From assembly GCA_022842645.1 (NCBI GenBank), contig JALHPE010000004.1:8557-72556 (forward strand): DNA of 64,000 nucleotides. The letters are read 5' to 3'. Position 1 is the stretch's first letter. Every line of letters begins with the position of its first letter. Under the pieces are notes generated by a model. The model was not told where the DNA came from. It did not search any database and saw nothing but the letters and a program-made list of their open reading frames with translations. Shown one piece after another: positions 40,429 through 49,553 of the stretch. A program made the translations under genes and the position numbers. This DNA is from Minisyncoccota bacterium. GTDB taxonomy: Bacteria > Patescibacteriota > Minisyncoccia > Phycocordibacterales > UBA2100.

Positions 40429-41700
40429 CTACTCTGGCTTCAAAACCTGCTTCAAACTCGAATACTTGTTCGCCGGATCCCAAACAAAGTAGGAATGGAG
40501 GCCGAGCTCGGCGTTCGCGCGGATCTGGGCTTCCACCATTCTTGGCGTGTATTCGACTGGGTAATCGAAGTCTTGGAGCCAGGGGCGCATCTTTTTCTTG
40601 TCGTACGAAGGCTTTAAATAGACTGCGGGGGTTGAGGTGCCGATGCGTGTGTAGGCGAGCGAGGCAATCTGTGTCGTTGTTGCAACGGTTCTCTCGACAG
40701 CGCTCGCCATCACAAATTTCATGAGTTCATACGGCACCGCGTTCACATTCTGCCAGCCGTTAAAGCCTTTCGGATAGTGGGACGGATAGACCATAGGGCC
40801 GATGTAATCGAAATATGGAAGTGCCCTCTCTAAGACTTGGCCGATATTAAGATCGTCGTAGTTTGTCGTCACCATGCCGAAAAGGTCGGCGGAAGTGACA
40901 ATTTCGGGAGAAAGTTTCTCGTCGAGATATTTGAAGAATTCTTCGAGCATTTCTTGCTTAGTTTTTCCGTCGCGTTTGATATAGACCGCCGCTTTCATGT
41001 CGCCGTCTGATGGGTAACGAATGTAGTCGAAGTTTATTTCATCAAAACCAATTGCGTATGATTCTTCGGCAAGTGCAACGACGCTATCCCAGTATTCAGT
41101 GGCGCCCACGTCCACGAACGCTAAGCCCTTGTGATCTTTCCACACTCCCCCGCCCACTTTTTGCACCGCCTGCTCCGGGTGCATTTTGGTGTAGAGCGGA
41201 TTTTGGAACGTGGTAATGCGCCCAATGACGTAGATATTTTTCTCATGAAGCTTCTCGATAAACGCTTTCATATCCTGCGCACCACACTGATCTGACACCA
41301 TATCTTTGAGAAGCGGATGGTCTGTCGGGAACGCGATGCCGCCAGTGTAATCACGAATGTCGATGATGACTGCGTTGAGTTCTGTCGTATCAATGAGCTT
41401 CACGAGTTCTTCGCGGAAGGACGGCGTGCCGACCACACACTGCGACATATAAATCGCTTTCACGGGATCCGGCGTGGGAAGGTGTGCGACCTTTGGCTTT
41501 TCGGGTTCGGGAGGGGTGCCAGGAATCATGTCGCTTGAGCTTGCTGACCGTGAGAACGATACACTGCCGGGGAGCTGTGGCGCACTCGTAATCTTTTCAA
41601 AAAGCGCTCCGGCGGAACCAGAAACGACTCCGGCGGAAAGGAGTAATCCTCCACCGAGCATGAATGCAAGCGGAAGCTTACTGCGTGGCTGACGTGTCAT
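40429..41700 (-). CDS. secreted/anchored putative glycoside-hydrolase-like TIM-barrel protein (GHL/DUF4015-type)
   Basis: The start at MTRQPRSKLPLAFMLGGGLLLSA is a signal/anchor. ~420 aa with a pattern of alternating conserved acidic and aromatic residues. Confidence 0.45.
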   Translation of the reverse strand: MTRQPRSKLPLAFMLGGGLLLSAGVVSGSAGALFEKITSAPQLPGSVSFSRSASSSDMIPGTPPEPEKPKVAHLPTPDPVKAIYMSQCVVGTPSFREELVKLIDTTELNAVIIDIRDYTGGIAFPTDHPLLKDMVSDQCGAQDMKAFIEKLHEKNIYVIGRITTFQNPLYTKMHPEQAVQKVGGGVWKDHKGLAFVDVGATEYWDSVVALAEESYAIGFDEINFDYIRYPSDGDMKAAVYIKRDGKTKQEMLEEFFKYLDEKLSPEIVTSADLFGMVTTNYDDLNIGQVLERALPYFDYIGPMVYPSHYPKGFNGWQNVNAVPYELMKFVMASAVERTVATTTQIASLAYTRIGTSTPAVYLKPSYDKKKMRPWLQDFDYPVEYTPRMVEAQIRANAELGLHSYFVWDPANKYSSLKQVLKPE

Positions 41701-41908
41701 GCGACGCGATGGGTGGAGCGCTTTCGACAAAGGTAGTGGTTCGTCGCGTGCGAAGTCCCAAACCCCGACGGCGTACGACGATACCGAGCATGATCGTAAG
41801 AAGTCCGAGCACAACAAGAATGATGTTGTCCCAGGCAATCGGAAAGCCCATAAACGGCAGAAGCGCTACAAGTGCGCCGAGCGTCATAATGAGAATGTCG
41901 AGAGTCAT
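41678..41908 (-). CDS. small 2-TM membrane protein (76 aa), hypothetical
   Basis: A hydrophobic ORF directly upstream of, and overlapping, the start of the GHL gene. No homology assessment was possible. Confidence 0.3.
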   Translation of the reverse strand: MTLDILIMTLGALVALLPFMGFPIAWDNIILVVLGLLTIMLGIVVRRRGLGLRTRRTTTFVESAPPIASHDTSATQ

Positions 41909-41973
41909 CGCAGAAGTATATAGTATCCCGTATATCGTATCTAGTATTCATACGAAATACCGGATACAAAATA

Positions 41974-42642
41974 CTAGATACTTTGAATGATTACTACAAA
42001 TTCCCCGCGGGCGGTGCCGGCAGTGTCGAGACGCATGCGGAGTTCGTAGGCGGTGCCGGAGAGCACTTCTTCGTGCATTTTTGTGAGTTCGCGAGCGATG
42101 ACGATCGTGCGGTCGCCCAGGGTTTCTAATTCTTCTAAAAGCTTCAGAATGCGGTGGGGGGATTCGTAGAGAACGACGGTTCTTTTCTCGGCAACAATCC
42201 CCTTCAAAGCAGTTTGGCGACCTTTTTTGTGTGGGAGAAATCCAAGAAAGACAAATTCGGTGGCGTCGACGCCTGCAATCGAGAGCGCGGCAGTGAGCGC
42301 AGAAGCGCCGGGAATCGCCTCAATCCGCCAGCCGGCGGAGCGCACGCGCGCTACGAGACGCACTCCCGGATCCGAAATCCCCGGCGTCCCTGCATCAGAA
42401 ACATACGCAACGCGCTTACCTTCCTCGAGCATCTCGATCGCGCGCTGAGCCGCCTTCTCTTCACTCGCTTCATCAGCACGCACCAAAGTTTTCCCTGTAA
42501 TTTCGTAGCGTGCCAAAAGCTTACTCGTCACGCGCGTATCTTCGCAAAAAATAGCATCTGCTTCTTTCAGCGTGCGGAGTGCGCGAAGCGTAATGTCTTC
42601 AAGATTGCCGATGGGCGTCGCGACGATTGAGAGTGTTCCCAT
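41974..42642 (-). CDS. rsmI: 16S rRNA (cytidine1402-2'-O)-methyltransferase RsmI
   Basis: Tetrapyrrole-methylase-fold N-terminus MGTLSIVATPIGNLEDITLRALRTLKEADAIFCEDTR. Confidence 0.85.
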   Translation of the reverse strand: MGTLSIVATPIGNLEDITLRALRTLKEADAIFCEDTRVTSKLLARYEITGKTLVRADEASEEKAAQRAIEMLEEGKRVAYVSDAGTPGISDPGVRLVARVRSAGWRIEAIPGASALTAALSIAGVDATEFVFLGFLPHKKGRQTALKGIVAEKRTVVLYESPHRILKLLEELETLGDRTIVIARELTKMHEEVLSGTAYELRMRLDTAGTARGEFVVIIQSI

Positions 42643-42644
42643 AC

Positions 42645-43073
42645 TTATTTACTTAGGAAACGGTCTAAGTCGTCAATAACCATAATGACATGCGGAGCAA
42701 CAGTGGAATTCTGCACCACTTCGTCTCGAGTAAGGAATTTGCCGTACTGTCCTTCATTCACTGTAATATGGGTTTCAAAATCGGCAGAGACTTCATCGAT
42801 AAAAACATTATAGAACGCCCGCGCATCTTCAAATCGACTGAAATAACGAGGGGCTTGTGGCATATATTCGATTTCTTCTTCAGTCTCGCGCATCAGTGCT
42901 GTATACATATCCTCACCCTCATCGATCCCCCCACCAAAAAGACCGAATTGATTTGCATACATGGGAGCATTACCATCGCGCATTTGGAGAAAGTATTCAT
43001 ATACACCTTCTGCATTTTTACGAAATGGAATAAGAGAGACTGAAAAACGCTTATGATTTTGGATCGGTTCCAT
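42645..43073 (-). CDS. NUDIX hydrolase (small)
   Basis: Nudix-box-like GGGIDEGEDMYTALMRETEEEIEY. The ATG lies immediately after the murC stop. Confidence 0.55.
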   Translation of the reverse strand: MEPIQNHKRFSVSLIPFRKNAEGVYEYFLQMRDGNAPMYANQFGLFGGGIDEGEDMYTALMRETEEEIEYMPQAPRYFSRFEDARAFYNVFIDEVSADFETHITVNEGQYGKFLTRDEVVQNSTVAPHVIMVIDDLDRFLSK

Positions 43074-43074
43074 A

Positions 43075-44346
43075 TCACGCCTCAACAATCTGTTCAGCCA
43101 CTTTGTAAATATCTCCTGCGCCCATGGTGATGATGAGTGTGTTTTCTGGCTCGGTGAGAAGGGCTTCGCGAATGTCGTCGAAGGAATCAAGCGCCTCGAC
43201 GTGATTCCCGGCTTCGGCGAGGGAGTGATTTGAGACGGTCTGTGTTTCCTCTGTGCGCGCTTCGTAAATAGGAGCGACTATCGCGCGGTCGGCAGTGTCT
43301 AACGCGTCCGCAAATTCTTGGAGAAAACTTTCCGTGCGGCTGTGGAGATGGGGGTGGAACGCGACGACGATGCGCTTCTCGGGGAATTTTTCGCGTGCGG
43401 CGGCAATGGTTTTTGCGACGGCGGTGGGGTGGTGTGCGTAGTCGTCGTAAACAATCGCGCCGTTCGGGGTTTCGCCTTTGTGTTCGAAGCGACGCCACGA
43501 GCCTTTGAAATTTGAAAGCGAGCGCACACCAGCCTCGAGTTCGATGTGGGGCGCGGCAGCGCGGGCGGCGCAGAGCGCCGCCCGCGCATTCTCACGATTA
43601 AACTCTCCCACAAGCTGCAATTCTCCCACCGCAGCCTGTGTGTAATCAACGATACGCGCAGAAACACCTTGTAACACCGGAATCACAGTGTGGTCGCTCG
43701 GATTCGCAACGATCACGCCGTGCGCGGGTACCCTCTTCGCTGCCTGATGAAACGTATCTTGCAGCGCATGAAGCGAAGGAAAATAATCAGTGTGATCAAG
43801 CTCGATGTTGGTGATAACCAAAATCTCGGGCGAGAGCTCGAGTACGTGATCGCGATATTCACACGCTTCGACGACAAATAAATCGTCGCGCCCCGCCAAA
43901 AAATTCGACTGAAAATCACGCACGATAGAGCCCACAATCGCTGTTGGCTTCTCACCTGCATCAGAAAGAATTTTTGCAACCATCCCCGTCACCGTTGTTT
44001 TGCCGTGTGTTCCTGTAACTGCGATCGTTTTGGCGCCGCGAGACACTTCACCCAAGACCTCAAAATAGGATTGCTGTGGAATACCCATCTCATGCGCCTT
44101 TTGCCGCTCAGGATTCTCCGCGCGCACGGCATCGCTATATATCAAAAGCTCCGTGCCCCCCGGCACTTGCCCCGCCTCGTGTCCAATCTGCACGTGCACC
44201 CCCTTTTCTTTCAAAAGCATAGTCGTCGGCGATTCTTCCCTGTCCGAGCCAGTCACACTGCGCCCGCGCGAAGCAAGCAACTGCGCAAGCGCCGACATCC
44301 CAATCCCCCCAATCCCAACCATGTGAATGTTTTGGGGGATTTTCAT
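43075..44346 (-). CDS. murC: UDP-N-acetylmuramate--L-alanine ligase MurC
   Basis: 423 aa with MVGIGGIGMSALAQLL and other Mur ligase motifs. Confidence 0.9.
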   Translation of the reverse strand: MKIPQNIHMVGIGGIGMSALAQLLASRGRSVTGSDREESPTTMLLKEKGVHVQIGHEAGQVPGGTELLIYSDAVRAENPERQKAHEMGIPQQSYFEVLGEVSRGAKTIAVTGTHGKTTVTGMVAKILSDAGEKPTAIVGSIVRDFQSNFLAGRDDLFVVEACEYRDHVLELSPEILVITNIELDHTDYFPSLHALQDTFHQAAKRVPAHGVIVANPSDHTVIPVLQGVSARIVDYTQAAVGELQLVGEFNRENARAALCAARAAAPHIELEAGVRSLSNFKGSWRRFEHKGETPNGAIVYDDYAHHPTAVAKTIAAAREKFPEKRIVVAFHPHLHSRTESFLQEFADALDTADRAIVAPIYEARTEETQTVSNHSLAEAGNHVEALDSFDDIREALLTEPENTLIITMGAGDIYKVAEQIVEA

Positions 44347-44406
44347 ATGACGAATATAACAGTTTTTGAGAAAAACTCCCCCTCGCGGGGGAGAAACGAA
44401 GAGAGT

Positions 44407-44537
44407 TGCGGGAACGAGGACCGCGAACGCCCCGCCGTCGACCCACTGGTCGTCTGACTTGACCCAGTAGGCGTACAGCCACCGACCACCGTCATTGCGG
44501 TTCGCGGTGAGGACGTTCGGGTTGCCGTCTGAGTCGA
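44407..44537 (-). repeat. non-coding ~131 bp cassette ~97% identical to the 3' end of gene 44889-45554; DGR template-repeat (TR)-like
   Basis: Direct comparison with 44894-45024 shows four internal mismatches. Three are A (cassette) to G (gene) on the coding strand, at the first base of AAC/AAT codons. The cassette frame has no start codon. Confidence 0.6.
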
Positions 44538-44814
44538 AATGTACGAGATGTCTTCCGTGCCACCGTCCATAGAAGGCTCGCGCCGATCTCCAGACTGGAT
44601 CGTATTCGGCATCTCATTCAGTAGAATAACCTACTGGGTATAATGCCCTAACATCTCGCACCAAGTATCTTCATTTTTTTGAAGTGTCTGCATACACCAC
44701 GCTACCTGAAACCGTGATCGCAGATATTCTGGATGTATGGATACTGGATTCGGCAGCGGGAAGCCGTAACCGCCCACATATTCGCCTACTACCGCGTTCA
44801 TTGTATACGAAAAC

Positions 44815-44842
44815 CCCGCCCGCGAGTACGCGGGCGGGGCAA
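44815..44842 (-). terminator. perfect 11-bp GC hairpin (CCCCGCCCGCG-tact-CGCGGGCGGGG) followed by TTTT
   Basis: It lies ~50 nt downstream of the stop of the 44889-45554 gene. It could be a plain rho-independent terminator, a DGR-type hairpin, or both. Confidence 0.6.
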
Positions 44843-44888
44843 AGGTCTAAGGGATCAAGGGCAAGTGCAAAACTCCAAGTCCCAAGTG

Positions 44889-45554
44889 CTAAATTGCGGG
44901 AACGAGGACCGCGAACGCCCCGCCGTCGACCCACTGGTCGTCTGACTTGACCCAGTAGGCGTACAGCCACCGACCACCGTCATCGCGGTCCGCGATGAGG
45001 ACGTTCGGGTCGCCGTCTGAGTCGAGAATGGTGTCATGAAGCCCTGTAATATACGAGAATCCCATTTCCTTCAACTGCTCGCCGGAAACAAGTTCACGAA
45101 TACGAGGCATGATGCCAGCCTGCGGTTTTTCGTAGCCAAACCTGAGCGCTTCTTTGCGCAGGTTCGCCGTAGTTCCATCGCGATTTTTCACAATCACGTT
45201 TCCAGGCATAATGGCAACCTGGTACGTCTGTCCGGCAATCAGACGATGCTTTTTGTCATAGCCGTCTGTGCCGACACTCAGCAAAACGGATTTCGCATAT
45301 TCGCTTATGCGATAACCCGCCGCTTCAAGACGCGCGATTTCCTCTGCGCCCGTGAGATTGAGCCCAGTGATCGTCGCAACGAAGTGACCGTGCTGATTAC
45401 GACTGATCGGCGACAAGGTATCTCCGAAGGGATTTTTGCGCTGCGTAAAGAGCGCAAGCTCGTCGAGTGTGAGAGCCCCCTTCCGAATCTTCTCGATTTG
45501 GTCGATCAATAGTCCAGCCAGGCGATCGCCCGGCAAGGTTCCGATGATTCCCAT
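44889..45554 (-). CDS. hypothetical protein (221 aa) whose last ~43 codons form a variable-repeat (VR)-like segment
   Basis: The C-terminus ...DSDGDPNVLIADRDDGGRWLYAYWVKSDDQWVDGGAFAVLVPAI is duplicated downstream with Asp codons replaced by Asn (AAC/AAT). No signal peptide is present. Confidence 0.5.
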   Translation of the reverse strand: MGIIGTLPGDRLAGLLIDQIEKIRKGALTLDELALFTQRKNPFGDTLSPISRNQHGHFVATITGLNLTGAEEIARLEAAGYRISEYAKSVLLSVGTDGYDKKHRLIAGQTYQVAIMPGNVIVKNRDGTTANLRKEALRFGYEKPQAGIMPRIRELVSGEQLKEMGFSYITGLHDTILDSDGDPNVLIADRDDGGRWLYAYWVKSDDQWVDGGAFAVLVPAI

Positions 45555-45607
45555 CAGATTGCTCCTATTTCAAGGTACTGTTGCGTAGCAGATGCCACGT
45601 CACCACA

Positions 45608-46990
45608 CTATACAATATTTTTAATTATTTGCAAAAACTGATCATTCCTCTCATACTCATTCTTAAACATACCAAACGAGGCGAAGGCGGGACTGAAGAG
45701 GATGGTGTCGCCTTCCTCGGCAAGTTCGAGAGCTTTAGAGACGGCCTGGTTGAGAGAGTTGAAGGGACCGTGGTGTGCAGGTTTTAGGTTATAGGTTTTA
45801 GGTTCTAGGGAATTCCCTAACACCTTATCCCTAGCACCTAGCACCTTTTCGGTGCCGGAGCCCGCGAGAAAGACTACAGCCTTACATGAGCGATTCACTT
45901 CCTCCACGAGTGCACTCATGTCCAACCCTTTATCTGCCCCACCCATAATAAGTAGTATGTGGGACTTCGTAAGTCCCACATTGAGTGCTTGCAAGGCAGC
46001 GATCGCTGCCTCCGGCGTCGTTGCGTTGTTGTCGTTATAGATTTTGACGCCATTAATTTCACGTACGAATTGTAAACGCCCCTCCACACCACCGAATGAA
46101 GCGAGTCCTTCGCGAATTTCTTTTTCCGACAATCCATAGGCCTCTAGCGCGGCGGCGGCAAGTGCAGCGTTCAGGCGATTGTGCTCGCCCGGCATTTGAA
46201 TCCCCCACCCTTGAGGAAGTGGCGTTTCAATATGCTTTGCGTACACATCCGGGACAGCAATCCCGGCAATGCGCTCAGCGAGCTCAGGTGTTGCAATAAG
46301 CGTATCTCCTTTCTTTTGGAAGCGGAAAATATTCGCCTTATCAGCAAAATAGGTATCCATGTCAGGATAATAATTTTGGTGATCCGGCATGAGATTGGTA
46401 AAAACGGCAATATGCGGACTCAGCTTCAAATCGCCAAACCCCTGCAACTGCCACGAATCAAGTTCCAAGACGAGCACATCGCCTTCTCGAAAATCCGGAA
46501 GCATGGCGAGTGTAGAGACACCGCGAATGTTCCCGCCAAGATGTGCTCTCCGCCGGCTGGCGGACCCCGAAGCGACAAGCGCATGGTGGATCATGTGCGC
46601 GACGGTGGATTTGCCGCGCGTGCCGGTGACACCAATAATCTTGACTCCCATTTCATATGCAAACTTCGCCGCCAGAGCGGTCGACATGTAGACAGGCACC
46701 CCCGCAGCTTTTGCTGCAGCGACTTCTTTTGAATCGAGCCGCACGCCCGCGCTTTTTATGACCATGTCGGTGTCGGTGAAATCTACGCTATCATGCCCCC
46801 CGAGATGGAATGTGACGCCGAGCCCCTCGAGCCGCGCTACTGATTCAACAAGTTCCTCATGCGTCTTCAAATCCGTCACCGTCACACGCCCGCCGCACTT
46901 GGCGATACATTCAGCGTCGCCTACTGAGCGCCCCAAAAGTCCGAGCCCGAGTATGGTGACACGCTTCCCCTTAAAAAAATCGCCGTACAT
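45608..46990 (-). CDS. murD: UDP-N-acetylmuramoylalanine--D-glutamate ligase MurD
   Basis: 460 aa with N-terminal GKRVTILGLGLLGRS and a Mur ligase central domain. Confidence 0.9.
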   Translation of the reverse strand: MYGDFFKGKRVTILGLGLLGRSVGDAECIAKCGGRVTVTDLKTHEELVESVARLEGLGVTFHLGGHDSVDFTDTDMVIKSAGVRLDSKEVAAAKAAGVPVYMSTALAAKFAYEMGVKIIGVTGTRGKSTVAHMIHHALVASGSASRRRAHLGGNIRGVSTLAMLPDFREGDVLVLELDSWQLQGFGDLKLSPHIAVFTNLMPDHQNYYPDMDTYFADKANIFRFQKKGDTLIATPELAERIAGIAVPDVYAKHIETPLPQGWGIQMPGEHNRLNAALAAAALEAYGLSEKEIREGLASFGGVEGRLQFVREINGVKIYNDNNATTPEAAIAALQALNVGLTKSHILLIMGGADKGLDMSALVEEVNRSCKAVVFLAGSGTEKVLGARDKVLGNSLEPKTYNLKPAHHGPFNSLNQAVSKALELAEEGDTILFSPAFASFGMFKNEYERNDQFLQIIKNIV

Positions 46991-47008
46991 TCCGCAACTA
47001 TACCGCGC

Positions 47009-47689
47009 CTATCCGCGCGCCAGAAGAGCAAGAATAATGTACCAAAGCCAGTGCAAGGCATAGGAATATATGACCCCATTCTCAACACGAATGATGAGAT
47101 AGGGGAATATCAACGCACCAATACAGGCAAATATGCTAAACAAAAGCGTCATGCCAAGATCAAAGCCGATAAACACGAGTAAGAGATGCGTAAAACCAAA
47201 TACAAATAGTGCCATAAACGCGACCGTTGTCACCGACTCAAATTTACGAAACGATGCCAGGATAAATACAGTAATAAGAACCTGCTGGAGTGCGATATCA
47301 AAAAACTTTGGAAAGAAAAAGAAAGGTTCTGTCGCCAAAAACCAGTAGCGTGTGGTATCAAGTGGCACACGTGAGTCTAGAGGAGTGAGCGGAAGAAGGA
47401 CCAGATACAATGTGCCGATCACGCTCACAAATACACTTCCCCAGAGCAGAGCCCTATGCCAATTATCAACTAACGTGCGCGAGCGCAGTATGGGAAAAAA
47501 CGCAATCACCGCGACGATCGTCCAGAGTGCGAAATAGATCGCGCTTTCGACGGGATGCGTCCCATACCCTACGTCAAACCCCAACACATTAAACACACTG
47601 TGGTACACGACTACCACAAAAATCCACAGTGAAATACACTGCAGGGTTACCCACGCAAGATTACCCTCTTTCTGTCGCATACTATACAA
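47009..47689 (-). CDS. polytopic membrane protein, possible CPBP/Abi-family intramembrane protease
   Basis: 226 aa with ~6 TM segments. FGFTHLL and YALHW motifs are loosely reminiscent of CPBP motifs 2 and 3. Confidence 0.35.
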   Translation of the reverse strand: MYSMRQKEGNLAWVTLQCISLWIFVVVVYHSVFNVLGFDVGYGTHPVESAIYFALWTIVAVIAFFPILRSRTLVDNWHRALLWGSVFVSVIGTLYLVLLPLTPLDSRVPLDTTRYWFLATEPFFFFPKFFDIALQQVLITVFILASFRKFESVTTVAFMALFVFGFTHLLLVFIGFDLGMTLLFSIFACIGALIFPYLIIRVENGVIYSYALHWLWYIILALLARG

Positions 47690-48431
47690 GTATTTTCATC
47701 GTATCTTCGTACTCGGGAAACAGTTCACGAATACGACGTCTAAAATGTTCAGAATCTTGCGACGCGCGGAAATAAATCGAGCCCGAGCCTGCAGTATCAA
47801 AACGACGCTCGGTCTCCTCCGCAACAGAATCCGCCGGATCCAAAATTTCGACATTTCCGAAGGCAACACGCGCCTCTTCCTCAATAATATGTCGCGCAAA
47901 CGGATAGTGTGTGCATCCTAAAAAGACGTAATCTAAGGGTTGGCGCCACCGTTTCTGGAACTCAGTGCGCACGATGTCGCGAATTTTGTCATCATGCGCG
48001 CCAAATTCGATTGCTCCCGCAAGTTCCACAAACGGGTGTTGGTGCAGTATGACCATGCCGCCGAACGCGCTCTCATAAATGCGCGATTTGACCGTTGCGG
48101 GCGTTGCCATAAGGAGGACGCGCCCACCTGCATAGTGGCGCATGCCGCGCGCAGCCGGGCGAGTCATTTCAATCACATCTGCCCCTTCCGCGCCGTGACT
48201 CAGCACATGCGGCGAAACAGTATTACACGCGCTCACAATCTCCTGCGCACCAAACATCCTGAGCGTGCGAAGCCCTCCTGTTGCTAAATGCACAAGCTCT
48301 GACGCCTCGCGCGTGCCATACGGCGCATGTTTGATGTCGCCAAAATACACGACATCGGCCGTAGGTTTGCGCTTCCGTATTGCCTGGAGGACCGAAAGTC
48401 CGCCAGATCCTGAATCAAAAAGACCAATCAT
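47682..48431 (-). CDS. murI: glutamate racemase MurI
   Basis: MIGLFDSGSGGLSV...GCTHYP. Confidence 0.9.
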   Translation of the reverse strand: MIGLFDSGSGGLSVLQAIRKRKPTADVVYFGDIKHAPYGTREASELVHLATGGLRTLRMFGAQEIVSACNTVSPHVLSHGAEGADVIEMTRPAARGMRHYAGGRVLLMATPATVKSRIYESAFGGMVILHQHPFVELAGAIEFGAHDDKIRDIVRTEFQKRWRQPLDYVFLGCTHYPFARHIIEEEARVAFGNVEILDPADSVAEETERRFDTAGSGSIYFRASQDSEHFRRRIRELFPEYEDTMKILV

Positions 48432-48437
48432 AACGTG

Positions 48438-49517
48438 TCAGTAGTTTTTGTATTCGTTTTCGAGAAAATCTTTGAGTCGCCGTAAACCCTCATCAATTTT
48501 TGTTACATCAAGAGCGTAACTAAACCGCACACGATCCGGCGCGCCAAACCACGCGCCGTCGTAGGTAATCATGCGGTAGGTATAGTATAAATCACTCACG
48601 ACGCGTCCTGAATGCTTAAACGTGGGAAGCACATAAAAGGCGCCCTCAGGTTCCCAGAGCTCAAGCCCGAGTGCGCGCATGCCCGTGTACATTCTATCGC
48701 GCCGCTCTTTCCACACATCAACATAGGATGTCACATACGAGCGCGGGGAAAGAAGCGCCGCAAGTGCCATGTCCTGCGCCAAAATACTTGTGTTCATCGC
48801 TGTATGCGTTTTCATCTCTACCACCGCTTTCACAAGTTCTGCGTCTTTAGAAAACAGATAGCCGACGCGAAGCCCGCACATCGCATACGTCTTCGAGAAC
48901 GAATTGATGGTAACCACATGCGGTCCGTGGAGGAGATAATTTTCGCGGACATAGATTAAATCTTTGTACACTTCGTCAGAGAGTATGTAGATTCCTTCCC
49001 GCGCACAGAACTGCTCAACTGCCTTTAGTGTTTCTACGTCTTGCACTGTACCCGTTGGGTTTGAGGGTGAGTTAATAAAGACCGCAATAGAACCTGTCGC
49101 TGCTTTTTTAAATGTCTCGAGATTAATTTTTCCTTCCTCAAGGTCGTAGTACACAGGTTCCATACCCGCGAGCCGCACGTTGTGTGGGTAGGAATAGTAG
49201 TAGGGGCGCGGAAGTGCGACCTTTCCACCTGGTCCGCCAACTGGCGGAGCAATTGCACGAAGCGCGAGATCGATCGCCTCTGAAGCGCCATTGGTTATGA
49301 CGAAATCATCGGGCCCTGCGTCTGCGTACTGTTTTGCAAGCTCGCTTCGCAGCGCGACGGAACCAGCCACTGGTCCATATTTAAATCCACGGTGACTTGC
49401 AAGTATCGCAAAAGCCTCCTCCGGCGGCGGCAAGTCCGGTTGCCCCGAGCCGAAGGAAATTAAAGAATCATCGCCTTTCCCAATGAAAAAAGATGGGCCG
49501 GGAATTGGAGGATTCAT
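48438..49517 (-). CDS. class I/II pyridoxal-phosphate-dependent aminotransferase
   Basis: 359 aa with SFSKTYAMCGLRVGY, the Lys-bearing PLP motif. Confidence 0.8.
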   Translation of the reverse strand: MNPPIPGPSFFIGKGDDSLISFGSGQPDLPPPEEAFAILASHRGFKYGPVAGSVALRSELAKQYADAGPDDFVITNGASEAIDLALRAIAPPVGGPGGKVALPRPYYYSYPHNVRLAGMEPVYYDLEEGKINLETFKKAATGSIAVFINSPSNPTGTVQDVETLKAVEQFCAREGIYILSDEVYKDLIYVRENYLLHGPHVVTINSFSKTYAMCGLRVGYLFSKDAELVKAVVEMKTHTAMNTSILAQDMALAALLSPRSYVTSYVDVWKERRDRMYTGMRALGLELWEPEGAFYVLPTFKHSGRVVSDLYYTYRMITYDGAWFGAPDRVRFSYALDVTKIDEGLRRLKDFLENEYKNY

Positions 49518-49524
49518 CGGGGGA

Positions 49525-49553
49525 TTCTAGCGCTTGCGGCGCTCCGACACAAA
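49525..49553 (-). promoter_or_regulatory. sigma70-like promoter TTGTGT-17-TAGAAT placed ~7 nt upstream of the aminotransferase ATG (leaderless-type arrangement)
   Basis: Sequence read on the minus strand. Confidence 0.4.

Noticed and set aside
44815-44842. The GC hairpin taken as only a plain rho-independent terminator
   Set aside because: Not rejected outright. It is, however, an unusually long perfect 11-bp stem placed just 3' of a VR-like segment, so I kept the DGR-hairpin interpretation open instead.
44135-44970. ORFs 44135-44482 and 44671-44970 (-), both starting MAVRLLGQVRRPVGRRRGVRGPRSRN, and ORF 44343-44612 (-)
   Set aside because: They arise from the GC-rich duplicated cassette read in a non-homologous frame. 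They have no RBS, are not the frame conserved between the two copies, and overlap the real gene or non-coding cassette.
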